A stretch of DNA of 64,000 bases from IMG/VR virus record IMGVR_UViG_3300021520_000002, positions 186,001-250,000 of that record, one strand, 5' to 3'. Position 1 is the stretch's first letter. Each line of letters starts with the position of its first letter. Below, piece after piece: positions 1-9,495 of the stretch. The translations under genes were made by a program, and so were the position numbers. The notes beneath the pieces were generated by a model. The model was given only the letters and a program-made list of their open reading frames with translations. It was not told the DNA's origin and made no database searches.

Positions 1-2013
1 TCCTTTGAGACCCATCTTCCAAGCTTTAATATAAAGACCATAAACATCTTTAACAGTTGCTGAATTGGGAAGATTAATTGTTTTACTCATTCCCATAGAT
101 ATAAATGGTTGAATAGCGGCACACATCTTAACATGACCCATATAATCAATCATTCTTGTGCAACCTCTTGGATTCATAGAGGTATCAAATATTGCCATAT
201 GTTCATCTTTAACAATTGTACTATTTTCTAAGCTTCCATCTTCTTCAATAGTTTCTAATATTAATTTTATTTTTTGTTCTGTATAACCTAAATTTTCTAA
301 GGCTACTTCAACAATTGGATTCACAAATTTCAGAACTGCATTTTCAGAACCAGAAAGAGTTTTATATCTTATTAAGCTAAACTCCGGTTCCATTCCAGTT
401 GTATATGCTTCCATTAAACTTGAAATTGTTCCAGTGGGAGCAAGAAGAGTTACAGTTGCATTTCTGAATGGAGCTTGATTATCAATTAAATTTTTAATAT
501 TAAGCCAATGTTCATTCAATAATATTTCCATAGTTTTTATTATTGTTGATTTTTTTGCACCAGCAAATTGAACATCTAAATATTTAATATGTTTATTTAA
601 AACATTATAAAATGGTTCTTTATTTTCTTCAAATTTATCAAATGGTCCAAATATAGTTGCTAATTTATTACTTGTTTGATAAGCAATAGCTGTTAATAAT
701 CCTGTTAACATTCCAGTAAGAGTTCTAGCTTCATCACTATCATAAGGTAAACCAAGATACATTAATAATGCACCAAGATTTGTAAAACCAGCTCCTAGCG
801 GACGAAATTCTCTTGTGTTTTTCTTAATTTCTTCTGTTGGATATGAAGATTTATTAATTAGAATATCTTGCGCAATTATCATAATTTCAACAACTTCTTT
901 AAATGTAGGATAATCAAATTTAAAATTATTAGTATATTTGTCATATTTAAAGAATTTTAAAAGATTGATGCTTGCTAAGTTACAACTTGAGTTGTCTATG
1001 AATGCAAACTCTCCACATGGATTGGTACTGTTTATTTTGCCGCTATTTATACATGTGTGCCATTCATTAAAAGTATCACTAAATAAAATTCCTGGATCGC
1101 CATTTTTCCAAGCATGTTCTGCTATTTTTACTAATAAATCTCTAGCTTTATACTTAGTACAGTTTTCTCCAGTCTTTACAAATTTAGTATACCAATCTCC
1201 ATCTTCTTCTGCAGCTTTCATAAAAGCTTCACTTAATCTAACACTAATATTTGTATTCTGATAAAATGCTTCATCAGACATTTCATAACCTTCTCTAGGA
1301 ATAAATCCAGCATCTCTTAAAATTCTTAATTTTTCTTCTTCATGATCTTTAATTTCAATAAAGTCTTCTATATCTGGATGGTCAATATTCATACAAACCA
1401 TTTTTGCAGAACGTCTTAATGTACCAGCACTTTTTATAGTGCCTGCATCAACATCATGACATCGTAAAAAAGAACAAGGTCCAGAAGCATGACCACCCCT
1501 AGATACTGTTTCTTTTTTACTTCTTAATGGACTCATATTCATTCCAGTTCCACTTCCATGTTTAAATATTTCTGCTTCGACTCCAGCAACTTCAAAAATA
1601 GATTTCATATTATCATCAATTTTAAGAATAAAACATGCTGATGTTTGTGGTTCATCTGAAAGTCCAACATTAAAATATACAGGACTATTAAATGCAAAAT
1701 ATTGATGTATTTGATAGTATTTCAATTTGTAATTAAAATCAGGAAAATCTGTTTTGTCCTCTTCAAAATATCTTTGATCTCTTGCCCAATTCGTAATTGT
1801 ATCAGATACTCTATCAATCATTTGTTTAAGACTTGTTTCTTTTAATTTTGCATTATTACATAAATATCTACTTGCAACAATTGCAGCATGACCATCATCG
1901 AATCCTTCAGGAAAGTCAATATCTTCATTGAATGTAATTTTTCCTTCTTTATTCTTAATTTCGATATGCTTCTTTACAAATTTAATATTTTTATACGGAT
2001 CTAGTTCTGACAC
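1..2013 (-). CDS. nrdJ: Class II (adenosylcobalamin-dependent) ribonucleotide reductase, runs off the window start
   Basis: Not in ORF track. Manual translation from GTG at 2013 (SD GGAGG): FNSPVYFN..PQTSACFI..GSGTG..AGTIKSAGTLRRSAKM..GDPG..STNPCGE..SCNLAS..LAPTGTIS. Confidence 0.93.
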   Translation of the reverse strand, partial: MSELDPYKNIKFVKKHIEIKNKEGKITFNEDIDFPEGFDDGHAAIVASRYLCNNAKLKETSLKQMIDRVSDTITNWARDQRYFEEDKTDFPDFNYKLKYYQIHQYFAFNSPVYFNVGLSDEPQTSACFILKIDDNMKSIFEVAGVEAEIFKHGSGTGMNMSPLRSKKETVSRGGHASGPCSFLRCHDVDAGTIKSAGTLRRSAKMVCMNIDHPDIEDFIEIKDHEEEKLRILRDAGFIPREGYEMSDEAFYQNTNISVRLSEAFMKAAEEDGDWYTKFVKTGENCTKYKARDLLVKIAEHAWKNGDPGILFSDTFNEWHTCINSGKINSTNPCGEFAFIDNSSCNLASINLLKFFKYDKYTNNFKFDYPTFKEVVEIMIIAQDILINKSSYPTEEIKKNTREFRPLGAGFTNLGALLMYLGLPYDSDEARTLTGMLTGLLTAIAYQTSNKLATIFGPFDKFEENKEPFYNVLNKHIKYLDVQFAGAKKSTIIKTMEILLNEHWLNIKNLIDNQAPFRNATVTLLAPTGTISSLMEAYTTGMEPEFSLIRYKTLSGSENAVLKFVNPIVEVALENLGYTEQKIKLILETIEEDGSLENSTIVKDEHMAIFDTSMNPRGCTRMIDYMGHVKMCAAIQPFISMGMSKTINLPNSATVKDVYGLYIKAWKMGLKG

Positions 2014-2261
2014 TATATTTCCTCCATTGGGTGTTTTATTTTATATCGTTTATAAAATTCTTCATTAGTCATAGCTGTATTATTTTCAATAAAAATTGTT
2101 CGTCCTTTTTTATATTCACCTCTTGAAGCTCTCCAAATTTGTTCATAATCATCTATTAATTTATCACATTCATAACAAAAAAAATCACCTTTTATATTTT
2201 CAGGTGTATATACATTAATAATTCTTTTTAGTTCTTTATTACAATGTGGACATATTTCCAT
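2013..2261 (-). CDS. Small zinc-ribbon protein
   Basis: CPHC...CYEC; resembles neighbour 2239-2505. Confidence 0.65.
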   Translation of the reverse strand: MEICPHCNKELKRIINVYTPENIKGDFFCYECDKLIDDYEQIWRASRGEYKKGRTIFIENNTAMTNEEFYKRYKIKHPMEEI

Positions 2262-2505
2262 TATTTTCCTCTGATTTATATATTATTTTTGTTGGTATTT
2301 TCATTTCAGAATTAATATCTGTTACAATCATATTAACTTTAAAATTTTGTTTATTTTTTCTAGTATAATCTGCAGCTAAATTATAAATTTTATCACCTTC
2401 AATTTTAGAATTACAAAATGGACAACTATAATCAGATTCTTTAGTAGATATTATTGTAACACAATTTATTTCTGATAATTCTTTATTACAGTTGATACAG
2501 TTCAT
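2239..2505 (-). CDS. Small zinc-ribbon protein
   Basis: CINC...CPFC; SD GGAG; follows promoter motif at 2540. Confidence 0.65.
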   Translation of the reverse strand: MNCINCNKELSEINCVTIISTKESDYSCPFCNSKIEGDKIYNLAADYTRKNKQNFKVNMIVTDINSEMKIPTKIIYKSEENNGNMSTL

Positions 2506-2564
2506 TACTTCTCCTTAGATTATATTTACTAATAGTAAAATTTCTATATAAAAGATGAAACTTT

Positions 2565-3251
2565 TTATACTCCTTCTTTAACATCACCGTTTGGTAAAAT
2601 AACTTTATCTACTTCTTTTTTAAAAGTGTTAAAATTTTTAAGTTTTTTATAAATTTTTTGTTGTTCTTTTTGTATACTTTTTTTAGTTTCAGGTAAGTAA
2701 TATTTTGCATAACCTTTTTCGCCAAATTTATTTGAAAGATGATCAAAAGATCTTTGAATAAGTTGTTCTCTATCCATATCTAAATAATTATCTTTTCCAT
2801 AAAGATATGATCTTTTAATCATTAATTTTAGAGACGGTGTTTTATCACTATCTTGAATAATCTTTCCAAGTAGTGTTCTTGGAGTGTTAGGATTAGATGC
2901 ACGATGATCTTCACATGCATCGGCAATATCTTTAATTTGTTCTTCAGTAAACCATTTCTTAAGATTTTTGTCCGCTAATACGAATTTAGCAGAATTAATA
3001 TGATGTTCTTCTCTACCTTTTGGAATACCAACATCATGGTATGCTGCCGCCGCGAAAGTCATATTAACATCAACTTTTCTTTTTACAGCTAAATCTAATG
3101 CTGTATTCATAACTAATTTAACATGATCTTGCCGATGACCAGAATCATGTTTATCATACATGGGTATAATTTTTGATTCAATATATTCTTTTAATTCTGG
3201 ATTTACCAATTCTATATTTTCTACTTCAAATAAATAAGATATGCTAATCAT
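2565..3251 (-). CDS. HD-domain phosphohydrolase
   Basis: H..H, AAAYHDVG, EDHRAS, IQDSD motifs. Confidence 0.88.
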   Translation of the reverse strand: MISISYLFEVENIELVNPELKEYIESKIIPMYDKHDSGHRQDHVKLVMNTALDLAVKRKVDVNMTFAAAAYHDVGIPKGREEHHINSAKFVLADKNLKKWFTEEQIKDIADACEDHRASNPNTPRTLLGKIIQDSDKTPSLKLMIKRSYLYGKDNYLDMDREQLIQRSFDHLSNKFGEKGYAKYYLPETKKSIQKEQQKIYKKLKNFNTFKKEVDKVILPNGDVKEGV

Positions 3252-3268
3252 AATTAAGCTCCTAAATA

Positions 3269-3559
3269 TTATTTTCTATTATACCCATATTTATCTCGAA
3301 AAAAATTAAGATTATTTATAGACTTTTTTAAATTTTCAACATCTTGTTTTGGAGATGTTACTTGTTTTGGTATTTTCTGAACTGTTTTTTCTTTTTCATT
3401 ATAAAAATATCCTTTTGCTGGAAATTCTATTCTTTGTAATAAACGTGGTTTTGTTTCATAAGGTTCTTTTTCAAAACGAATTCCATTAAATGCTGGATTC
3501 CATACCCAATCAAGACCAGTGTTAGTTTCAAATTCAAATAAATACCCAATATTAATCAT
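3269..3559 (-). CDS. Hypothetical protein with MIxIxYLFE N-terminus shared with the neighbouring HD protein
   Basis: ORF with SD GGAG; N-terminal similarity to 2565-3251. Confidence 0.65.
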   Translation of the reverse strand: MINIGYLFEFETNTGLDWVWNPAFNGIRFEKEPYETKPRLLQRIEFPAKGYFYNEKEKTVQKIPKQVTSPKQDVENLKKSINNLNFFRDKYGYNRK

Positions 3560-3585
3560 AATTAAACTCCTTAAAATAAAATAAA

Positions 3586-3834
3586 TAAAAAAGTCTTGAG
3601 ACCCCTTTTCGGGATCTCAATATCACGGTCTTTCGACCGGTAGTAAAAGGTGACTAGTTCTTTTACCATCTCTTGAACCCATACATCTGGGTTAGACCGA
3701 TTCTGGAAAGGTTAGTTAAAAGATTAGTCAAATCTTTTTACACCTTTTCTCGTCCAGCAAGAGAGCTAGTTTCGAGACTATGATACAAAGTAATATATCA
3801 CTTAGGATATATTACCTTTCATAGACCTGTCTAT
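3586..3834 (-). ncRNA. Putative structured ncRNA (about 245 nt)
   Basis: Promoter motif at 3842-3851; at least 7 hairpins (e.g. CGGTC-GAAA-GACCG); terminal hairpin TTGAGATCCC/GGGGTCTCAA plus U-tract; no ORF in track. Confidence 0.6.
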
Positions 3835-3861
3835 TATATTAATTTCTATATGAAAAAGAAG

Positions 3862-4010
3862 AAAATAAAATAATGTTACTTTCGTAACATTATTCTTCCT
3901 GTTGGTGGGTTATGACCCCACCGGGTGCGCGATATCACACCTTACTAGTAGTGAGAATGACTCACTACAGATCAAATTTCATAGGCTTATATCGAGCCTC
4001 AAAATGATCA
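3862..4010 (-). ncRNA. Putative structured ncRNA (about 145 nt)
   Basis: Promoter motif at 4021-4030; hairpins GTAGTGAG/CTCACTAC and GGTGGG/CCCACC; terminator AATAATGTTAC-GAAA-GTAACATTATT plus U-tract. Confidence 0.6.
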
Positions 4011-4058
4011 TACTATATTAATTTCTATATCAAATCTTTGAATAACAAAAAGGCGGAG

Positions 4059-4766
4059 TTATCCGCCTGTTAATTGATTTATGATAAGCTGGATTTTCTC
4101 AGGGATAGGAGCATTGAGATCAGGTTCATTAGTTGATCTGTAAATATGTCTTAACTCAATAATTTCGTTAAGGCATATTCCACAACTATGAACATGTTTT
4201 TCAATAACTGTCCTTTCCTCAAGATCAGAGTCGAAGAAGGCATATTTAGCCAACAATTCTGGTTCAATATGTTTCTGATGTTTTTCTTTCATTAACCTAT
4301 TAAACCCAAGTTGGATAAGATGTGGTAACATTTTATCGTTTGGTCCTGCATCCGGAGGAATTTCAGTAAACATCCAATGTTTAGTTGTGATTAAGTCTTT
4401 TTTCCACCATTTCAATTTGTTCTTGTCATATTCATATTTGAATAGATAGAACTTAATTTTGAAAAGATGGTCTAAATCATCAATCTTTTTTACAACATCT
4501 TCCCGATATCCAGTCTGTTTAAAAGCCGCTTTAAGGTTCCATAGGAATGTAAAATTCCATAAGAACGAGAATATTAAATCAGGAACTTCATTGTAATCGT
4601 CTTTATCTATACCATAAATAATTTGATAGTTAACTGTCGATTCAAGATCGGAAAGAGTTTTTTTACACTGGATTATCATATCAATAGCGCGTGAGACCAA
4701 ATGTCTCATATCCACAAATACATATCCACGTTTTTCTAAATCTTTTATTACCAGATTTATTATCAT
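4059..4766 (-). CDS. Protein with C-terminal anti-sigma-like zinc finger (zf-HC2/ZAS)
   Basis: HIEPELLAKY...IEKHVHSCGIC matches H..HxxxCxxC; own promoter motif at 4831. Confidence 0.6.
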   Translation of the reverse strand: MIINLVIKDLEKRGYVFVDMRHLVSRAIDMIIQCKKTLSDLESTVNYQIIYGIDKDDYNEVPDLIFSFLWNFTFLWNLKAAFKQTGYREDVVKKIDDLDHLFKIKFYLFKYEYDKNKLKWWKKDLITTKHWMFTEIPPDAGPNDKMLPHLIQLGFNRLMKEKHQKHIEPELLAKYAFFDSDLEERTVIEKHVHSCGICLNEIIELRHIYRSTNEPDLNAPIPEKIQLIINQLTGG

Positions 4767-4851
4767 ATCTCCTCCTTTAATTTTTAAAATAATATATTAG
4801 AAACTTTATTGTTCCTAATTATACTATATCATTTCTATATGAAAAAGGAGA

Positions 4852-5079
4852 AAACAAAAAGAGAATTTTTTACGTGTCTCTATTCACGGGTTAGAACCAT
4901 TTTTCAGATTTTTATTATCTTAGGTTCACCAAACCTAGGGATTTTTCTCGATTCCCAATCGGACCAATTTGAAGGGTGGTCGTAGACGCTTTATTAAGCA
5001 TCTGGGGCACATAATGTTACTCCCCGTTCCCGTCAGCACTATTTGCGGTTCATATGCTGATCTTTATTAGTCCCTTGTA
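4852..5079 (-). ncRNA. Putative structured ncRNA (about 220 nt)
   Basis: Promoter motif at 5088-5097; GC-enriched serial hairpins (TCAGCA/TGCTGA, AGATGCTT/AAGCGTCT, TAGGTT/AACCTA); U-rich end; no ORF in track. Confidence 0.55.
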
Positions 5080-5113
5080 TTATATTAATTTCTATATGAA
5101 AAACTTGAAAATA

Positions 5114-5389
5114 AAAACCTTTTTAAGGCTGGTTAGGCCTGTTGATCGACTTTTTTAAATATTCGATCAACTGTTTATATGTAGCTGCAAAAGTTGAAGG
5201 ATGATCATATACATCATCCTCTTCATGTCTATATTCTACGATATATTTTTTCGTAGGCATATAAACAATATCTTTTACAGTTATTGAATATACTCCGTGA
5301 TCTCCACGGATGATGATTGGATTATCAATAACTTTTGCTAATCTAATCAATATATCCTCCTTAAAACCTTTTTAAGGCTGGTTAGGCCT
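5114..5389. repeat. 27-bp perfect direct repeat AAAACCTTTTTAAGGCTGGTTAGGCCT at 5114-5140 and 5363-5389
   Basis: Read directly; brackets the 75-aa ORF. Confidence 0.9.
5123..5350 (-). CDS. Hypothetical protein
   Basis: TTG start with SD GGAGG. Confidence 0.65.
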   Translation of the reverse strand: MIRLAKVIDNPIIIRGDHGVYSITVKDIVYMPTKKYIVEYRHEEDDVYDHPSTFAATYKQLIEYLKKSINRPNQP

Positions 5390-5409
5390 AAGACCTCTTT
5401 TTGAGCTGG

Positions 5410-5997
5410 TCAGGCTCCTTCTAAGCCGCGGGAGACTTCTAATACACGAAGATTCCAGATGTCTCTTCTATATCCATACATAAGTGATTCTGCATCTGGT
5501 AATGACCATTCAAGAATTTCCTTTATATTAAAAGGATAACCTGAGAATGGTAATTCACCAAGATAACAATCTCTTGTATGATTATAGTATTGACAATTAT
5601 CTAGAATACATTCAGCACATTCACAATCAGTACATACTATAGAACGGAATTTAACTATTATATAGTTTAATTCCATCTCAAGCATTTTCTGAAAGGATTC
5701 TGTGTTGAAAACGTGATGTGAAGTTCTGAAACAACGTTGATCAACATAACAGTCGCGTTCCCAATACGATTCAGTCAAGTAGTATTTATGTTCCCAACAC
5801 TCTTGACTACAGTCACCCGGTTCATCAGGAATATTTCCCCATTGATCCGAACTGTGATCGTGAATCGCAAGGCAATAATCATTGCACTTGCTTTCACCAT
5901 CTTTACAGTTGTGACAAATCGTATCGTTGATAGCTTCTGATGTTTGAAGAAACGATGAGATGATATCAATAACAATCCTATCAAAGGCTGTTTCCAT
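5410..5997 (-). CDS. Cys-rich hypothetical protein, start revised to METAFD
   Basis: SD GGAGG before ATG at 5997; several CxxC clusters. Confidence 0.7.
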   Translation of the reverse strand: METAFDRIVIDIISSFLQTSEAINDTICHNCKDGESKCNDYCLAIHDHSSDQWGNIPDEPGDCSQECWEHKYYLTESYWERDCYVDQRCFRTSHHVFNTESFQKMLEMELNYIIVKFRSIVCTDCECAECILDNCQYYNHTRDCYLGELPFSGYPFNIKEILEWSLPDAESLMYGYRRDIWNLRVLEVSRGLEGA

Positions 5998-6007
5998 AAT
6001 ATCCTCC

Positions 6008-6181
6008 TTAGTTTGTTTTCTTCTTTCTTTTTCTTCTTCCCCAACAGAGTTTATCATCAGTCCAAGATAAGTTTGTATCCATATCTGATATTCTAATACA
6101 TCCACATGGAAGTTTTTCGAGTTTCCAATTAGGATGATCAAAAGATATTTGAAGCATTCTTTCTTGTAACTCTTTTTCCAT
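6008..6181 (-). CDS. 57-aa basic protein (MEKELQERM...LPCGC...GRRKRKKKTN)
   Basis: Not in ORF track; SD AAGGAG; stop abuts SD of next gene. Confidence 0.65.
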   Translation of the reverse strand: MEKELQERMLQISFDHPNWKLEKLPCGCIRISDMDTNLSWTDDKLCWGRRKRKKKTN

Positions 6182-6332
6182 GTTCTTCTCCTTTATTTTT
6201 ATTTACAGAATAAGAGATATCGATATATAATCGACACCTTATTCCCATGCTTTAACGCGAAAGGTTTTATCGCAACTCAGCTCCGCACGTTTACATGTAC
6301 GCTGAGATTCTAACGGACTACAGTACGGAATG

Positions 6333-6404
6333 TTACTTCCGTGCTGCAGGACATGTTCCAGCATTGCCACAGGCTCCGCATGGAATTCTACACTTGGTAG
6401 TCAT
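6333..6404 (-). CDS. 23-aa Cys-rich peptide MTTKCRIPCGACGNAGTCPAARK, probably leaderless
   Basis: ATG just downstream of promoter motif 6416-6425; similar to C-terminus of 63482-63694. Confidence 0.45.
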   Translation of the reverse strand: MTTKCRIPCGACGNAGTCPAARK

Positions 6405-6570
6405 GTACTATATTAATTTCTATATGATCTTTTTGAATATACAAAAATCTTGCAGATATATAGAAATAATAGCCTATACAAAAATGGGTGGAGAAAGAAC
6501 CCCTTATTAAGTCTTCCATAGGCTGGAATTGTTATTAAGGTGCCTATGTTCTTTCCCCACAAATTAGAAA

Positions 6571-7074
6571 TTAATCATTAACAAATTCAAACTTAGCACC
6601 CAAAATTTTCAATTCAGCATATATATGAGTTAGTTCTCTTTCGATACCTTGCCGATATTCATCATCATTAATATCTCTAACTCCATCTGAATGTAAATGA
6701 TTATTATTTTTAATAGATTTGAATATAATTTTATCATAAGTATGAATAAATTCTCGACCAGTTTTAAATAAGGCATCTCCTAATTCTTTAAAACCAAAAT
6801 AATAAGTATAAGCAACAGAATCAAATATTGTTCTGTCTGTAATTAAAATATCATATTTAGTAGCTAAAGCAATTTCACTTTGCAATTGATTACAGAATAT
6901 CCAAAGTTGAGTTTCTTTTGGTTTATCTTTATTAAAACCTAAAGGAGAATGTTTTGCGTTCTCCATGAAAATTCCCACCGTCTTATTTGGATTTTCTATT
7001 TTCATTTGTTTAGCTAAATCAAATACTGCTGTTGATTTTCCTGTTCCGTGAGTTCCTGTAAAGCTTATTTTCAT
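6571..7074 (-). CDS. P-loop nucleotide kinase/ATPase (AAA_28/NadR-like)
   Basis: GTHGTGKST; DRTIFD; DGVR. Confidence 0.8.
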   Translation of the reverse strand: MKISFTGTHGTGKSTAVFDLAKQMKIENPNKTVGIFMENAKHSPLGFNKDKPKETQLWIFCNQLQSEIALATKYDILITDRTIFDSVAYTYYFGFKELGDALFKTGREFIHTYDKIIFKSIKNNNHLHSDGVRDINDDEYRQGIERELTHIYAELKILGAKFEFVND

Positions 7075-7086
7075 AAATTTTCCTCT

Positions 7087-8994
7087 TTATCCTATTAATG
7101 AATTTACAATGTATCTAATTTTTCCCATTGTAGATTTTGCAGCATCAACATCATCAAAATCAGTAGATGATGCATTTAAAGCATCCATTACATCATCAAC
7201 AAATACTGATGGAGTAAAAATTGTACAATTTAAATTTGGTATTCTTCCAACTCTATTTAAAAGTTGTGATAAATTTCCAATAGGTATTTTTTCATTACCT
7301 GCTTTTTCTACAGATGGAATATACATTTCTTTTATATTAATATTTAAACCTTCGCCGATATAATCTGTAGTTAATACTATGTCAATTTTACCTTTACTAA
7401 ATAAATCTTGAATTATAACATTATCTTGACTGTCTGAAGGATTAACTATTTGACCACCTTTTCTTTCTGGACCATACATAATTCCAAGTCTAGATCCAGC
7501 AGCATTACGAATCATTGGATTTGTAATATCGGCAATTCTTGATTCTCCAACAACAATATCAACATCTTTTTGACTATAAAATGGTTTTTTATATCCAATT
7601 CCAGTTTTAGGTTGAGGACCAACTTCATGACCAAATGATCCACCAAAACAATATTTAGCTATTTCATTTATTTTATATTTACTAAAGAAAACGAAACATA
7701 TTTGACGTTCCCCAGCGGCCAAAAACTTCTTTACAAGGTTTTTGGTATAATTAAAATCAGCAAGTTGATCATAACTTCTAATTTTTATTCTAGCTGTATT
7801 ACGTGCTTCAGATACAAAAGGAACTGTAAAATGTCTTCCATATGCTACATTATAAAATTTAATAAGTCTTGCTGCTGTTTTTTCATTTTGTGTACCAGTT
7901 AAACAAACCATTTTTGCAGATTTTGCCGCTCTACTTGATAATGTATAATCTATTGCAGATGATATTTGTTTAGCTCTTTTATCTACATTTTCTATACCAT
8001 CTGCTGTTAATTCTGCTTTTTGAATTTCATCAAAGACCATCAATTTTAAATTTTTCATTCTATCAATAAATCCTGGTGATGATTCATAAACAGTTATAAT
8101 AACTGGTTTTATTGTCCCACCTTTTTGATGATTTTCTATTGTATCTCCATCAGCATATTTAATTCCAACAAGTTGAGTAGTAACAAATTCTTTAACAGCT
8201 TTTGTAACATTTTCAAAATATTCAGTACTTAAATTTGAAATATTTTCTTCAATTTGTGTAATTTGTTCTGCCGGTAAATTTTGATATAATAATGTATTAC
8301 TAAGATTTGTTAAATTATTATATATATAATTTAATCTTTCTTTCAACGATTGTTGTGTTGCCATATTCATAACAGTTTGATTAAGATTATTATTAACCAA
8401 TCTGTACATATTTTGATTTTGTTGATTTGGTAAAAATAGATTTCGATTTTGATATTGAAAATAATTTATATATTGTAATATAAAAGAAACAAAATTTGTA
8501 ATAAATTCATCTTTAACAGTTTGATCAGTTAAAGCTCTAATTGGACTAAACCACATTATTTGTGGTAAATTTTCTGGATGCTCAATAATTTTTTTAAGAT
8601 TATCTAAAGTTACTTGAGCACGATGTATATCACCTGGATCATTAGGATTTGGTGGATCTAAAGTTACATTAATTCCTAATAATTTTTCAGCCCAATAAAC
8701 TATAACAGGAAGAGTTTTTCCTCCTCCAGGTGATTCAGTCATAATAAAAACATCATGATTTGGTTGACTAAGTTCATCAACTATTTGTCTTTGCCAACCA
8801 TGTAGTTGTGAAGAATTTTTAAGTTGAACTCCAACAGTTGCAGAACTAGGTTCCCACATAGTTTGACTTTGTGGTTGTGGAATTGGTGTAGCCTGTTGTA
8901 ATGGAGCTGGTTGTTGAGCTATATTTTGAAAATATGTATTTATATTTGCTCCTGAACCTAAAGAGCCTAAACTTTCAAGTAAACTTTTCTTCAT
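7087..8994 (-). CDS. Superfamily 2 helicase-like protein
   Basis: SPGGGKT, SPIRAL, FDEIQ, LTGT, GEGLNI, QLLNRVGR. Confidence 0.8.
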   Translation of the reverse strand: MKKSLLESLGSLGSGANINTYFQNIAQQPAPLQQATPIPQPQSQTMWEPSSATVGVQLKNSSQLHGWQRQIVDELSQPNHDVFIMTESPGGGKTLPVIVYWAEKLLGINVTLDPPNPNDPGDIHRAQVTLDNLKKIIEHPENLPQIMWFSPIRALTDQTVKDEFITNFVSFILQYINYFQYQNRNLFLPNQQNQNMYRLVNNNLNQTVMNMATQQSLKERLNYIYNNLTNLSNTLLYQNLPAEQITQIEENISNLSTEYFENVTKAVKEFVTTQLVGIKYADGDTIENHQKGGTIKPVIITVYESSPGFIDRMKNLKLMVFDEIQKAELTADGIENVDKRAKQISSAIDYTLSSRAAKSAKMVCLTGTQNEKTAARLIKFYNVAYGRHFTVPFVSEARNTARIKIRSYDQLADFNYTKNLVKKFLAAGERQICFVFFSKYKINEIAKYCFGGSFGHEVGPQPKTGIGYKKPFYSQKDVDIVVGESRIADITNPMIRNAAGSRLGIMYGPERKGGQIVNPSDSQDNVIIQDLFSKGKIDIVLTTDYIGEGLNINIKEMYIPSVEKAGNEKIPIGNLSQLLNRVGRIPNLNCTIFTPSVFVDDVMDALNASSTDFDDVDAAKSTMGKIRYIVNSLIG

Positions 8995-9003
8995 AATTAA
9001 CTC

Positions 9004-9201
9004 CTATGGAAATCTATGATTTGTATGATTTGGTTTTAAATTTTTTAACTGTTCAAAATTCTTTCCATATCTTTTTGTAAAATCTCCAGGTTTATTTAAA
9101 TTAGAATCATAAAATGGAACCATACAAACAAATTTTTCAAATTGTCTTCTCGTTTCTATTTCTTTTCTGCCTTCTTCTGTTCGACCATCTATAATTTTCA
9201 T
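9004..9201 (-). CDS. Hypothetical protein
   Basis: ORF within operon. Confidence 0.55.
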   Translation of the reverse strand: MKIIDGRTEEGRKEIETRRQFEKFVCMVPFYDSNLNKPGDFTKRYGKNFEQLKNLKPNHTNHRFP

Positions 9202-9212
9202 ATACTATACCT

Positions 9213-9495
9213 TTATTGTTTTGTAGCGGCATAAATTGCTGTTGCTGCATCAAGTGTTATTTCATAAGGACATTCATTTGCTGAAGTTACTTTTGTCCAA
9301 ATTGATTCAGCATGACGTGGATGCATTTTTGTTCTTGCTTCATTTTGAGCTTCTTTTGTGAAAAGTGATAATACAGCAGCTTGATCTCCATCATGATCCG
9401 CCCCCAATCTTGGTAAATCGAATGGACTAAGTCTCATACTTACTCCAGTCTTATCAACTCTTACATCTCCAGCTAACCAATTGTCTCTACTATTT
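9213..9495 (-). CDS. rpoC: RNA polymerase beta'-like subunit (second RNAP), exon 2, with catalytic GADHDGD
   Basis: Spliced junction KRDPV|NSRDNW...SPFDLPRLGADHDGDQ aligns with NRxPTLHR...NADFDGDQ. Confidence 0.85.
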
